Positions 28,773 to 38,537 of a stretch of DNA of 64,000 nucleotides are shown here, piece after piece (position 1 is the first letter of the stretch; each line of letters opens with the position of its first letter). Position numbers and translations under genes: made by a program. A model generated the notes under the pieces. That model did not search any database. It saw only the letters and a list, made by a program, of their open reading frames with translations, and was not told the DNA's origin. The DNA lies in contig CAZQHP010000001.1 of assembly GCA_964593805.1 (NCBI GenBank), forward strand, positions 709,283-773,282. Direction: 5' to 3'. The DNA comes from an uncultured Candidatus Saccharibacteria bacterium. Its GTDB lineage: Bacteria > Patescibacteriota > Saccharimonadia > Saccharimonadales > JBBQAJ01.

Positions 28773-31682
28773 TTAGGCGGACTTAGCCAAGCTGATAGTT
28801 AGATCTGCGCCTTCTATTTTAACCGTTGCTTCAAAACCATTTTTTACCTCACCCAGCATTTTTGCCAGTGTCTCCGCCAAAACTGTTTCTTGATGCTCCT
28901 CAATTGCCTTTTGAACTTCTTTGTTATCTGTTAAAAGCTGTAAACTAATCCTATCCTCAACGTTCAAACCTGCTTGTTTGCGAGCATTTTGAACCTGTCG
29001 TACCACCTCTCTCATCACACCTTCTCGCTTGAGTTCGGGTGTTATCTTTTTATCTATCCATACCCCTGATTCTCCTTCTTTAAGCAGTCCGAAATCTATC
29101 TTTTTAACATTTAGTTCTTCTTTGGCTATCTCTGTTAAGCCTGGCCTGAATTCGCGAGACCACTCAAGTTTTGCAGTTTCCAAAGGTTGACGCACCTTAA
29201 TTCCATCTTTTGCGCGCATTTCTAGCCCGGCAGTAATTAACTTTCTCAAGATCGCCATTTCTTCGAGTAACTGGCGATCAATGTGCCCCGCCTCTGGCCA
29301 ATCACTCAGGTGAACTGACGAGGACAATTCAGTACCGGCAGTTAACTCTCGCCAGAGATGGTCACTAATAAATGGCGCCCACGGAGCCAGCAGCTGGGTG
29401 GTGCGTACCAAGGCGTACCATAAGGTTTCGTAGGCTTGGATTTTATCGCTGTCGTTTTCACTCTTCCAAAAACGGCGGCGCGAACGCCGGACATACCAGT
29501 TAGACATGTCGTCAACAAAGCCAAAAATTGGTTTAATGGCATACGCCAATTTATAATTATCTGCCGCCTCAGTGGTTTCCGTAATAGCTTGATTGAGCCG
29601 TGCCAGCAGCCATTTATCCAACACGTGTTTTACTTCTGGCTCAGCCAATTTATTGGGTGGTTTCCACTTGTCAATGTCTGTGTACATTTTGAAAAAACGC
29701 TGTGTGTTTAACAACGTACCTAAAACATTTCTATTCAAATCTTTCATGGCGTCCCTGTTAAAACGCATATAGTCGCCTGCCACGGCCTGATAATTAGACA
29801 ACAAATATAAGCGCAAACTGTCTGCGCCTTCGTTGCTAAAAACGTCATCTACGGGCGGATAGTTTTTTAAGCGCTTGCTTAATTTTTGGCCATCACCTGC
29901 CAAGACCATCCCGTTTACCAAGACATTTTTATAGGCTGGTTTATTGAACAAAATAGTTGCTATAACGTGCAAAACATAAAACCAAAGACGCGTCTGATCC
30001 AGCCCCTCGCCCACGTAATCTGCCGGGAATGAAGCTTCAAATGTTGATTGGCCGTCAAATGGGTAGTGCTGACCTGCAACCGGCATACTGCCAGATTCAA
30101 ACCAACAGTCTAGCACTTCCTCTACCCTGCGGTACTGTTTGCCGTCTTTTTCAAATATAACCTCGTCAATAAATGGTCGGTGCAAGTCATCCAATTTAGC
30201 ATCTGCGCCAGCCAAGCCTTTGAGTTCAGCAATACTCTCAACAACTATGTAGTCTGTTTCGTCTTCCGTGTTGACCCAAATAGGCATAGGCGCGCCCCAG
30301 TAACGATTGCGGCTAACTGCCCAGTCGCGAGCCCCTTCCAGCCATTTTCCAAACCGTCCTTCCTTGATATGGTCCGGCATCCAGCTGATTGATTCAGCCG
30401 TGGCCAGCAGTTGTTTTTTAATGGCCGATACGCTGATAAACCACGTACCGATTGCGTAATACAGCAGCGGTGTTTCGCATCGGTAACAGAAAGGGTAGGT
30501 GTGAGTAAAAGTTTCGGCGGCAAACACCAAACCTTTATGGGTCAAATGCTCAATTATGGGCTTGTCGGCACTCTTAAAAAAACGCCCGCTGACTTCGGGT
30601 ACATTTTTCAGGTCAAGCATATGGCCGCTTGCATCTACCGTAGCAAGCACGGGCAATTTATACGTTTCGCTTAAGCTCAAGTCATCTTCGCCAAATGCCG
30701 GCGCTACATGCAAAACGCCGGTACCATCTTCTACGCTCACAAATGATGCCGCTACTATGGTGTGCAAGTCGGCATATTTAGAAGTGTCCGCCGCATCTAC
30801 GGCACGGAAGAGTGGTTCGTACCGTTTACCTAATAATTCTTGGCCGCTTACTTCTTTGGTTATCTTAAAATCACGTTCATCAAGCACGCCGAGGCGTTTT
30901 TTTGCCAAAACTACTACTTCTTCTTGCCCCTCATCCGTCGTATGGCGCGCATAGACGTATTGTTCGGCCGGGTTTACCGCAATAGCGGCGTTACCAGGCA
31001 AGCTCCATGGCGTGGTTGTCCAAGCAAGCAAATGAGCGTCTTCATCGCTTAACCTAAACTTCACGTATAGGCTGGGGTCCGGCACATTGTCTTGATAACC
31101 TTCATTAACCTCAAAATTGGATAAGGGCGTCTCGCAGCGAGGACAGTACGGCATGCTCTTGTAGCCTTTATAGAGTAAACCCTTGTTATGAATCTGTTTT
31201 AAAACCCACCAAACACTCTCAGTATATTCAGTATCAATAGTGGCATAGGCGTGCTCGGTGTCAGTCCAGCGGCCAATTCTCTTGAAAAAATCTTCCCATT
31301 CGCCCTTGTACTGGAAAACTGATGCCCGGCAGGCGGCATTAAATTTCTCCAGTCCCAGTTCTAGGATTTGTTTTTTGCCACTAACCCCAAATTGTTTTTC
31401 TATAGCGAACTCTACCGGCAAACCATGGCAGTCCCAGCCATTTCGCCGCTCAACATAGTAGCCCCGCATTGTCTTGTAGCGCCCAAGAGAGTCTTTGATG
31501 GAGGTAACTAAGCTGTGCCCAAAGTGCGGTAAGCCATTGGCAAATGGCGGACCATCATAAAAACTAAAGTTTTTCTCACCAAGTCTTTGTTGAACACTCT
31601 TTTCAAATGTCTTTTCTTTGTCCCAAAGCTTGAGCAAATCTTCTTCTATTTGGGCAAATTGTGATTTATTTTCCTTGGCCAT
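28773..31682 (-). CDS. ileS: Isoleucine--tRNA ligase
   Basis: 969 aa. PPFANGLPHFGHSL (HIGH), GWDCHGLP and KLSKRLKNY (KMSKS) motifs, with CP1 editing-domain length. Confidence 0.9.
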   Translation of the reverse strand: MAKENKSQFAQIEEDLLKLWDKEKTFEKSVQQRLGEKNFSFYDGPPFANGLPHFGHSLVTSIKDSLGRYKTMRGYYVERRNGWDCHGLPVEFAIEKQFGVSGKKQILELGLEKFNAACRASVFQYKGEWEDFFKRIGRWTDTEHAYATIDTEYTESVWWVLKQIHNKGLLYKGYKSMPYCPRCETPLSNFEVNEGYQDNVPDPSLYVKFRLSDEDAHLLAWTTTPWSLPGNAAIAVNPAEQYVYARHTTDEGQEEVVVLAKKRLGVLDERDFKITKEVSGQELLGKRYEPLFRAVDAADTSKYADLHTIVAASFVSVEDGTGVLHVAPAFGEDDLSLSETYKLPVLATVDASGHMLDLKNVPEVSGRFFKSADKPIIEHLTHKGLVFAAETFTHTYPFCYRCETPLLYYAIGTWFISVSAIKKQLLATAESISWMPDHIKEGRFGKWLEGARDWAVSRNRYWGAPMPIWVNTEDETDYIVVESIAELKGLAGADAKLDDLHRPFIDEVIFEKDGKQYRRVEEVLDCWFESGSMPVAGQHYPFDGQSTFEASFPADYVGEGLDQTRLWFYVLHVIATILFNKPAYKNVLVNGMVLAGDGQKLSKRLKNYPPVDDVFSNEGADSLRLYLLSNYQAVAGDYMRFNRDAMKDLNRNVLGTLLNTQRFFKMYTDIDKWKPPNKLAEPEVKHVLDKWLLARLNQAITETTEAADNYKLAYAIKPIFGFVDDMSNWYVRRSRRRFWKSENDSDKIQAYETLWYALVRTTQLLAPWAPFISDHLWRELTAGTELSSSVHLSDWPEAGHIDRQLLEEMAILRKLITAGLEMRAKDGIKVRQPLETAKLEWSREFRPGLTEIAKEELNVKKIDFGLLKEGESGVWIDKKITPELKREGVMREVVRQVQNARKQAGLNVEDRISLQLLTDNKEVQKAIEEHQETVLAETLAKMLGEVKNGFEATVKIEGADLTISLAKSA

Positions 31683-31925
31683 GACGTTCCTTTTATAAAT
31701 AAAAAGTCCCTATTCACAGGAGCTCCGCCTCTGGCGGAACGGTACCATCCTGATTGGGACTTAATTTAGGGCTATTACGGGCTTACCCGGTGAGTTCTAG
31801 TGTTTCGCTTTATACGAAAGTTCCTCTCACTCCGTTCTCCTTCAAAACTTTAATGACGGATGATCGCAGTTGATAGCTGCTCAAACGGATTGACTAAACT
31901 ATAGCTTACTTCCCTGTGGGTCGCA
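31683..31925 (-). promoter_or_regulatory. Putative T-box leader RNA controlling ileS
   Basis: The minus strand reads AAUCAGGAUGGUACCGUUCC (plus 31736-31755), matching the T-box core GGUGGUACCG. It folds as a canonical antiterminator: CAGGA/UCCUG helix, 7-nt UGGUACC bulge, GUUCCGCC-AGA-GGCGGAGC upper helix. The outer AAGUCCC/GGGACUU pairing is followed by UUUUUAUUUAU. Upstream AUC-A codon candidates include a GCAG-CUAUCAA-CUGC hairpin (plus 31866-31880). Confidence 0.6.
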
Positions 31926-31937
31926 AGCAATTTAGGG

Positions 31938-32198
31938 CTATACGAGGTAGCCGGCAACTTCGTTCATGAGGGGTAGTGGTTCGCCTTCCCAGTGTTTTAT
32001 GAGGTCGTTATTGTCTCGCCGTACCAGCAGAGCAGGATATTGGACAACCCCGTACAGTGCGGCCAAATCAGCTCCATTGCGTGTCTCCAGGCTAATTAAT
32101 TCAATAGGCGTGCCCTTTTGGTGTTCAAAATCATGGGCATACTCCTCTACTATCCGGGCGAACTCGGACTGGGGGTGATAGAGAATTGAAACTTTCAT
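31938..32198 (-). CDS. Small Cys-less thioredoxin-fold-like protein downstream of nrdJ (hypothetical)
   Basis: The internal ATG at 32198 gives 86 aa (MKVSILYHPQSEF...YGVVQYPALLV...HWEG). The beta-alpha-beta pattern and a cis-Pro-like YP resemble Trx/NrdH, but no CxxC is present. The longer ORF to 32336 overlaps nrdJ. Confidence 0.4.
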   Translation of the reverse strand: MKVSILYHPQSEFARIVEEYAHDFEHQKGTPIELISLETRNGADLAALYGVVQYPALLVRRDNNDLIKHWEGEPLPLMNEVAGYLV

Positions 32199-32262
32199 AG
32201 CATTAGCGTAAAGCGTTAAACCCACGCGGTCAAGGTCAAGCAGAGCGCCTAGAGATACGTGC

Positions 32263-35037
32263 CTAGGAGCAGCCCGTTGTGGAACCGCAGGAGCTGCATA
32301 CATAGCAGCTGCCGGCTTTTTGTGTCTGGTTGCCACAGTTAAAGCACATTGGAGCAGATTGATCCATGCTCGGCTTCTTGGGCTTTAGTGGAATCTCATC
32401 CGCAACCACCGAAGGCTGAGGTTCAACTTTCAACTCAGCAGTCTTGGCCGATTCGGGTTGAATTGTTGTATCAATATCCAACAAACTGGTCTGCTCTTCT
32501 GGCATATCATCAATAGAGGCCAAGCCAAGTTCCAGCCGATCGTCGAATGACAAGTAATCCAGCGCCAAACGGCGGAAAATGTAGTCAATCAACGATGATG
32601 CTGTTCGTATCTCTGGGTCGTCCGTAATGCCCGCGGGCGCGAAGGACATGCTGGTCATACCTTTTACGTACACCTTGAGCGGTACGCCGTATTGCAGGCT
32701 ATAGCTGATTGAACGGGCGAATGAGTCCATCAGACCGGCTAGCGTTGAGCCCATTTTGGCCACTCGCACAAACAGTTCTCCTGGGGTGCCGTCTTCATAT
32801 TCCCCAACCGTAAAGTAGCCATGGCAGTCCGAAACGGTAAATGAGTAGGTTTTGGATGGGCGAACTTTGGGCATATCGCGGCGTATAACGCCTCGAACGA
32901 TAACTTTGTCCGCGGCTTCTTCAGCAGCTGTTGGCAAATCGTTGTTGCTATCGGCTCCTTTTTTGGTCATAGACAATGGTTGGGCAACTTTGCAATTATC
33001 ACGATATATAGCCACTGCTTTAAGGCCCAGCTTCCATGACTCAACGTGCAGCTGTTCAATTTCTTCTACAGTTGCTTCCTCCGGCATGTTTACAGTTTTA
33101 CTTATAGCGCCGGAGATAAATGGTTGTACTGCCGACATCATTTTGACGTGTCCCATGTAGTGGATGGAATTGTCTCCCATTGAACATGAAAAGACGGCAA
33201 AGTGTTCTGCCTTAAGGTGAGGAGCGCCAGTTATTGTTTTTTCTACATCAATATAATTCACGATATCATCTACTTGGGCTTTTGTGTAGCCGAGTACTTT
33301 TAGTGCTCGCGGTACAGTTTGGTTAACTATGTTCATAGTACCGCCGCCAACTAATTTCTTGAATTTCACCAGTCCGAGATCCGGCTCAATCCCCGTAGTA
33401 TCACAATCCATCATCAGGCCAATGGTACCCGTTGGAGCCAGTACGCTAGCTTGGGCGTTTCGTACGCCGTACAAACCACCAAGCTCTACCGCGTCATCCC
33501 ATGCCGTTGCCGCCGCGCTTAGTAGATCTTCCGCCACCAAACTGGCATCTATTTTAGATACCTCTTCCCTGTGCATTTTTAGGACGCCTAACATGCCTTC
33601 GCGGTCTTTGTGAAAGCCAGCGAACGGCCCAACTCTGTTGGCAAGCCGGGCGCTGGTAGCATAGGCGTGCCCGGTCATGATAGCGGTGATAGCGGCCGCT
33701 TGAGCCCGACCTTCGTCACTGTCGTAGGGCAAGCCTTGTGCCATGAGCATCGCACCGAGGTTAGCATAACCAATTCCTAGCTCGCGGTAAGCCCGAGCAT
33801 TTTTGGTAATGTTTTCTGTTGGGTATTCGCTGTATCCAACCAAAATTTCCTGAGCTGTAAAGATTAGCTCCACTGTGTGCCTAAAAGCTTCTACGTCAAA
33901 ACTGCCGTCTTCGTTCAGGTACTTCAGCAAGTTGATAGAAGCTAGGTTACAAGCGGAGTTGTCCAGGTGCATGTATTCGCTACAAGGGTTGCTGCCGTTG
34001 ATACGGCCGGCGTTTGGCGTTGTGTGCCAGCGATTAATAGTGGTGTCAAACTGCATACCCGGATCGGCGCATTCCCAAGCTGCCTCGGCAATCTGGCGGA
34101 AGAGATCGCGAGCTTTTATGCGTTTCACGGTTTTGCCATCGCTGACAGAGCGAAGTTCATAGTTGTCGTCATTTTCGACAGCCTGCATGAATTCATCTGT
34201 GACGCGAACGGAATTGTTGGCGTTTTGATACTGGATAGATGTAATATCTTTGCCGTCTAGCGTCATGTCCCAGCCGGCGGCTTGGAGATCGCGAGCCTTG
34301 CGTTCTTCGCGGGCTTTGCACCAGATAAACTCTTCAACATCAGGATGGTCGATGTTCAATATGACCATCTTGGCGGCTCGGCGTGTTTTGCCGCCGCTCT
34401 TGATGGCCCCCGCAGAAGCGTCCGCGCCACGCATAAAACTAAGCGGGCCGGAAGCCGTACCAGCGCTTTTGCCAAGCGGTTCCACGGATGACCTGATACT
34501 GCTGAGATTGATTCCTGAACCCGAGCCGCCCTTGAATATCATGCCCTCTTCTTTATACCAGTTTAGAATAGACGGCATCGTATCTTCTACAGCTAATATG
34601 AAGCAGGCACTGGCTTGTTGAGCTCGCGCTGGAGCACCGATGTTAAACCAGACTGGCGAATTAAAGGCCGCACGCTGTGTGGCAAGTATATACTTTAGCT
34701 CCTCGCGAAAATCCTCTGCTTCTGCTTCGGACTCAAAATAACTTTCCTGCAAACCATGCCGTGTTATGGTGTCTACCACACGATTGATAAGTTTCTTGAG
34801 CGAGTCTTCGCGCTCAGTGGTACCGGGCGTACCCGTAAAATACTTTTGAGCGACAATATTTATGGCATTGAGCGACCAGCCCTCTGGGAATTCAAGATCT
34901 TTTTGCTCAAAAACGGGTTTGCCGGTTGTCGGGTTCATGATAACCGAGTCGCGTTTGACCCACTTTAGCTCGTCGTACGCCAGGGCTTTGGCTGGCGTAA
35001 AGAATCGCCTGCGTCCCAGGATAGTTGTTTGTCCCAT
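32263..35037 (-). CDS. nrdJ: Adenosylcobalamin-dependent (class II) ribonucleotide reductase
   Basis: 924 aa. Typical NrdJ N-terminus (RRFFTP...LKWVKRD...AINIVAQKYF), NPCSE active-site block, and a C-terminal Cys cluster CFNCGNQ..CYVCSSCGSTTGCS. Confidence 0.9.
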   Translation of the reverse strand: MGQTTILGRRRFFTPAKALAYDELKWVKRDSVIMNPTTGKPVFEQKDLEFPEGWSLNAINIVAQKYFTGTPGTTEREDSLKKLINRVVDTITRHGLQESYFESEAEAEDFREELKYILATQRAAFNSPVWFNIGAPARAQQASACFILAVEDTMPSILNWYKEEGMIFKGGSGSGINLSSIRSSVEPLGKSAGTASGPLSFMRGADASAGAIKSGGKTRRAAKMVILNIDHPDVEEFIWCKAREERKARDLQAAGWDMTLDGKDITSIQYQNANNSVRVTDEFMQAVENDDNYELRSVSDGKTVKRIKARDLFRQIAEAAWECADPGMQFDTTINRWHTTPNAGRINGSNPCSEYMHLDNSACNLASINLLKYLNEDGSFDVEAFRHTVELIFTAQEILVGYSEYPTENITKNARAYRELGIGYANLGAMLMAQGLPYDSDEGRAQAAAITAIMTGHAYATSARLANRVGPFAGFHKDREGMLGVLKMHREEVSKIDASLVAEDLLSAAATAWDDAVELGGLYGVRNAQASVLAPTGTIGLMMDCDTTGIEPDLGLVKFKKLVGGGTMNIVNQTVPRALKVLGYTKAQVDDIVNYIDVEKTITGAPHLKAEHFAVFSCSMGDNSIHYMGHVKMMSAVQPFISGAISKTVNMPEEATVEEIEQLHVESWKLGLKAVAIYRDNCKVAQPLSMTKKGADSNNDLPTAAEEAADKVIVRGVIRRDMPKVRPSKTYSFTVSDCHGYFTVGEYEDGTPGELFVRVAKMGSTLAGLMDSFARSISYSLQYGVPLKVYVKGMTSMSFAPAGITDDPEIRTASSLIDYIFRRLALDYLSFDDRLELGLASIDDMPEEQTSLLDIDTTIQPESAKTAELKVEPQPSVVADEIPLKPKKPSMDQSAPMCFNCGNQTQKAGSCYVCSSCGSTTGCS

Positions 35038-35167
35038 GATATCCTCACTTTTTACCTTAATTATTGTTTAATTTTTTGTTAGAGTTGTTGTAACTGTCCG
35101 CACATCTGGACGTCACCAGCTCTTCTAAAAGTTCAATCAATGAATTTTCGGAAGAACTGGTGGTGTC

Positions 35168-35641
35168 CTATTTTGCGTCGTGTTTTACTTTGCGTTCGCG
35201 GATTTGCAGTAGTTCGCGTTCAAACCCGGCAATATCCTTAAAGCGCCTGTAAACACTTGCAAAGCGCACGTAAGCAACTTCGTTGAGCGGTGATAGACGT
35301 TCCATAACCAACTCACCAATCCGCGCCGTGCCAATTTCTTGGTCCCCGCACGCATAGATGTAATGTTCTATGTCAGCAACTAGTCGTTCAAGTTGCAAAC
35401 TGGTTACAGGAGTCTTTTCACATGCCCTATACAGTCCGGCCAGTAGCTTATCTCGATTAAAGAGTTCGCGGATACCGTTGTTTTTGATAACGATAATCTG
35501 CGGACGTTCAATCCGTTCGTATGTTGTGAAGCGGTACCCGCAGTCCGGGCAGGCCCGGCGGCGGCGAATGGCTTCGCCCTCACTAACATCACGGGATTCT
35601 ATAACCTTTGTATCTACTGACGAGCATTGGCTGCATTTCAT
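35168..35641 (-). CDS. nrdR: Transcriptional repressor NrdR
   Basis: MKCSQCSSVDTKVIESR...CPDCGYRFTTYERIE zinc ribbon plus an ATP-cone. ATG at 35641. Confidence 0.9.
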   Translation of the reverse strand: MKCSQCSSVDTKVIESRDVSEGEAIRRRRACPDCGYRFTTYERIERPQIIVIKNNGIRELFNRDKLLAGLYRACEKTPVTSLQLERLVADIEHYIYACGDQEIGTARIGELVMERLSPLNEVAYVRFASVYRRFKDIAGFERELLQIRERKVKHDAK

Positions 35642-35728
35642 GTTTTGCCTCCTCGCGTCCCCGGCTTCCTTGTAGTAGGCCGGATACAAATTATGTGTTC
35701 ATTCTAAATGTGCTATAACTATATTTTA

Positions 35729-35777
35729 TCACTATATATAGCGTCTACGCTTCCAATCATAGACCCATATACAGTGT
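35729..35777 (-). promoter_or_regulatory. Tandem NrdR-box-like operators upstream of nrdR-nrdJ
   Basis: TCACTATATATAGCGT (35729-35744) matches the palindromic NrdR box (acaCwAtATaTwGtgt as I recall it) at about 14/16 positions. A weaker GACCCATATACAGTGT (35762-35777) lies 33 bp away centre-to-centre. Confidence 0.55.
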
Positions 35778-35822
35778 TTTGCAATATAAAAAATGGTGTA
35801 TTATTTACGAATTTTATCTCTG

Positions 35823-37145
35823 TTATTCATCGTCTTTTGGCGAATCTTCAGAGATATCATCTTTTTTATCAGTAGCATTTTGCTGGCGGCGTTTGGTGAG
35901 GCGTCGCAAGAAGGATGGTTTTTCAAGTTCATCTTCTTCCGCGTCGCTAACTATTGGGCTGGTATCTAGTAATTTGCCCTCTTTAGCGTGTTGTTCTTTT
36001 GATTCGGTTTCGTCGGCGTCTTCCAGAGCCCATATGTTAGGCATGGGGGTATCTTTGTTAAGCTCGCTTTCTTTCTCTTCGTCATGCAGCTCCATATCAA
36101 TCCCCGTCATGTCATGTTCGTCAGCAGTTTTGGGCAAGCTGCCCGGTTGCTGAGACACATTGGATTTAGCATTTTTTCGGTTTGCATAGTAAGCATCATC
36201 AAATCCCGTCGCTACAACGGTTATAATAATCTCGCCTTCCAGATCGGGACTGATAGTAGCGCCAAAAATTATATTCGCTTCTGGGTCAGCCGCACCCGTT
36301 ATGGTTTCGGCAGCTTGGTTTATTTCATGCATCGACATGTCGCTGCCACCAATAACATTGAATAAGATGCCTCTGGCGCCGTCTATAGAAACTTCTAACA
36401 GTGGCGATTCTATGGCTTGCTGAGCAGCATGGGCGGCACGATCTTCACCCGAAGAACGTCCAATCCCCATAAGTGCCGAACCGGCGTGGCTCATAACAGT
36501 TTTAACATCCGCGAAGTCAAGATTGATTAATCCATGAACAGTTATGAGATCTGATATGCCCTGTACTCCTTGGCGCAGCACATCGTCAGCAACTTTAAAA
36601 GCCTCTAGTAACGGCGTTTGACGGTCGATTGTCTGAAGCAGGCGGTCGTTGGGAATAATAATAAGCGTATCAACCACTTTGCGCAGGTTTTCTATAGCAA
36701 TGTCGGCGTTACGGCGACGTTTTTCGCCTTCGAAAGCAAATGGTTTTGTAGCAAATCCAACAACAAGTGCCCCTTGGTCTTGTGCAGCCTCTGCCACAAT
36801 GTGTCCCGCACCGCTACCTGTGCCCCCACCGGCGCCAATGGTAACAAATACCATGTCAGCCCCAGCAACCGCGTTGCGAATATCTTCCAGCGACTCCTGT
36901 GCTGCTTTCTGGCCAACTACAGGGTCGGCTCCGGCGCCAAGACCGCGCGTAGCATCACGACCAATATGGATTTTGGTTTGCGCTTTAGAGTGATGCAAAG
37001 CTTGCGCGTCAGTATTAACAACGATAAATTCAACGCCCTCAACGCCGGCTTCTACCATGCGGTTAATCGCGGCACCGCCGGCACCGCCGACACCAACGAC
37101 TTTTATACGAGCGAACGTTTCAATTGCAGGGTTTACTTGCGGCAT
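35823..37145 (-). CDS. ftsZ: Cell division protein FtsZ with long acidic linker and extended C-terminal tail
   Basis: [13 protein letters not shown] and [11 protein letters not shown] tubulin signature. A C-terminal LEKPSFLRR peptide is followed by ~25 extra residues. Confidence 0.95.
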   Translation of the reverse strand: MPQVNPAIETFARIKVVGVGGAGGAAINRMVEAGVEGVEFIVVNTDAQALHHSKAQTKIHIGRDATRGLGAGADPVVGQKAAQESLEDIRNAVAGADMVFVTIGAGGGTGSGAGHIVAEAAQDQGALVVGFATKPFAFEGEKRRRNADIAIENLRKVVDTLIIIPNDRLLQTIDRQTPLLEAFKVADDVLRQGVQGISDLITVHGLINLDFADVKTVMSHAGSALMGIGRSSGEDRAAHAAQQAIESPLLEVSIDGARGILFNVIGGSDMSMHEINQAAETITGAADPEANIIFGATISPDLEGEIIITVVATGFDDAYYANRKNAKSNVSQQPGSLPKTADEHDMTGIDMELHDEEKESELNKDTPMPNIWALEDADETESKEQHAKEGKLLDTSPIVSDAEEDELEKPSFLRRLTKRRQQNATDKKDDISEDSPKDDE

Positions 37146-37246
37146 GTATTCGTACCATCCTCAATTAAGTATAAGGTGGAGTATATAGGACTTTCCCACT
37201 TCTATGCAACCCCATGGCCCGCTTGAACCAATATGTCTATACGGTA

Positions 37247-38479
37247 TTATCTCTTGCGCACACGGCGAAGCAGCCCCTCTATCATCCCCAGGGCCTTTTG
37301 ATTGGGAGTCCCACGGGTGGCGTGGGATTCCGGCATAAGTAGCATGTCTAACTGCATAAGGCCGATGGCAGTTGTATATGCGGGATCGTCAATCACATCC
37401 ACTAGTCCTTGCAAGGGCTGCAACGTACCTAGTCGAGCTGGCAGTTGGAGTTTTTCCTTGGCAAAATCAGCCAGTCCTGGCAGCTTAGAGGTCCCACCCA
37501 CTATAACGGCTCCGCCAGGCAATTTCCGGGAACGGCCGATTTTTTTCAGTTCCTTGTCCACAAACTCAAAAAGTTCATCGACGCGGGCTTCTGTAATCAT
37601 ATGGACTTCACTTTTGGCGAAAGTGTGCTCTTTGCCGTCAACCTCAAGCGTAATGGTGTCGTAGTCTGGCGCTTCCAGAGTAGCGTAACCAACCTTTACA
37701 GCTTCGGCCACGTCTAAATCAGTTTTCAGGCCAATAGCCAGATCATTAGTAATGTTTATCCCACCGATGGGCAAGATAGCTACGTGCTGGATTTCACCGT
37801 CTTCTACCACTACTAGGTTGGTTGTGCCAGCTCCTATGTCCAATAGCACTGTACCGGATTCTTTCTGTTGTCTGTTTAGTACCGCTTCAGCGGCAGCCAG
37901 ACTAGATATAGTAACATGGCTAAGACTCACGTGAGACCGCTCCAGAACAGCGGTCAAACTTTTGAGGGTTGGCGAGGCAGCCGTCACTATATGCGTATCA
38001 ACTTCTAAGCGCACACCGTTCATGCCGACAGGATCTTTGATATTATCCTGGCCATCAACTCTGTAATTTTTGGCAAAAACTTGGATTATTTCTCTGTTGG
38101 GAGGTAGCTGCATGATTGTCGCTGCTTCTTCCGCACGGTAGCGGTCATCGATGCTGATTTCACGATTAGCAGCGCTAATCGCTACAACGCCTTTGGAATT
38201 AAGGCCGCTGACATGCGTACCGTTAATGTTGACGGTCGCGCTATTTATATGGATGCCAGAAATTCGTTCTGCCTCTGTAACTGCGTGAGTAATTGCTTCT
38301 GTCACGTCGTCAATATGCACGACTACACCCTTGCGCATACCAATATTTTTGGCCATTCCATGGCCGATTATTGATAATTCTGCCGGATGATCGGAATCAA
38401 ACATACCAATAACGCACCTCACAGCAGAGGTGCCAATATCTAGACCGAAAAAATGTGTCGGCGATGAACCATCACGCAT
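37247..38479 (-). CDS. ftsA: Cell division protein FtsA
   Basis: Actin-like ATPase with FFGLDIGTSAVRCVIG and GGTSKLPGL motifs. ATG at 38479 is preferred over the TTG at 38515. Confidence 0.85.
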   Translation of the reverse strand: MRDGSSPTHFFGLDIGTSAVRCVIGMFDSDHPAELSIIGHGMAKNIGMRKGVVVHIDDVTEAITHAVTEAERISGIHINSATVNINGTHVSGLNSKGVVAISAANREISIDDRYRAEEAATIMQLPPNREIIQVFAKNYRVDGQDNIKDPVGMNGVRLEVDTHIVTAASPTLKSLTAVLERSHVSLSHVTISSLAAAEAVLNRQQKESGTVLLDIGAGTTNLVVVEDGEIQHVAILPIGGINITNDLAIGLKTDLDVAEAVKVGYATLEAPDYDTITLEVDGKEHTFAKSEVHMITEARVDELFEFVDKELKKIGRSRKLPGGAVIVGGTSKLPGLADFAKEKLQLPARLGTLQPLQGLVDVIDDPAYTTAIGLMQLDMLLMPESHATRGTPNQKALGMIEGLLRRVRKR

Positions 38480-38537
38480 ATGGCAAGTATACCGCTTATA
38501 CTGTTGGGTTCGCAAGACAAGCTTGCTGCCCCAAACC

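Noticed and set aside
35779-36153. 124-aa plus-strand ORF overlapping the ftsZ 3' end.
   Set aside because: It is antisense to the acidic FtsZ tail. The Ser/Cys-rich translation is typical of the antisense of Glu/Asp codons.
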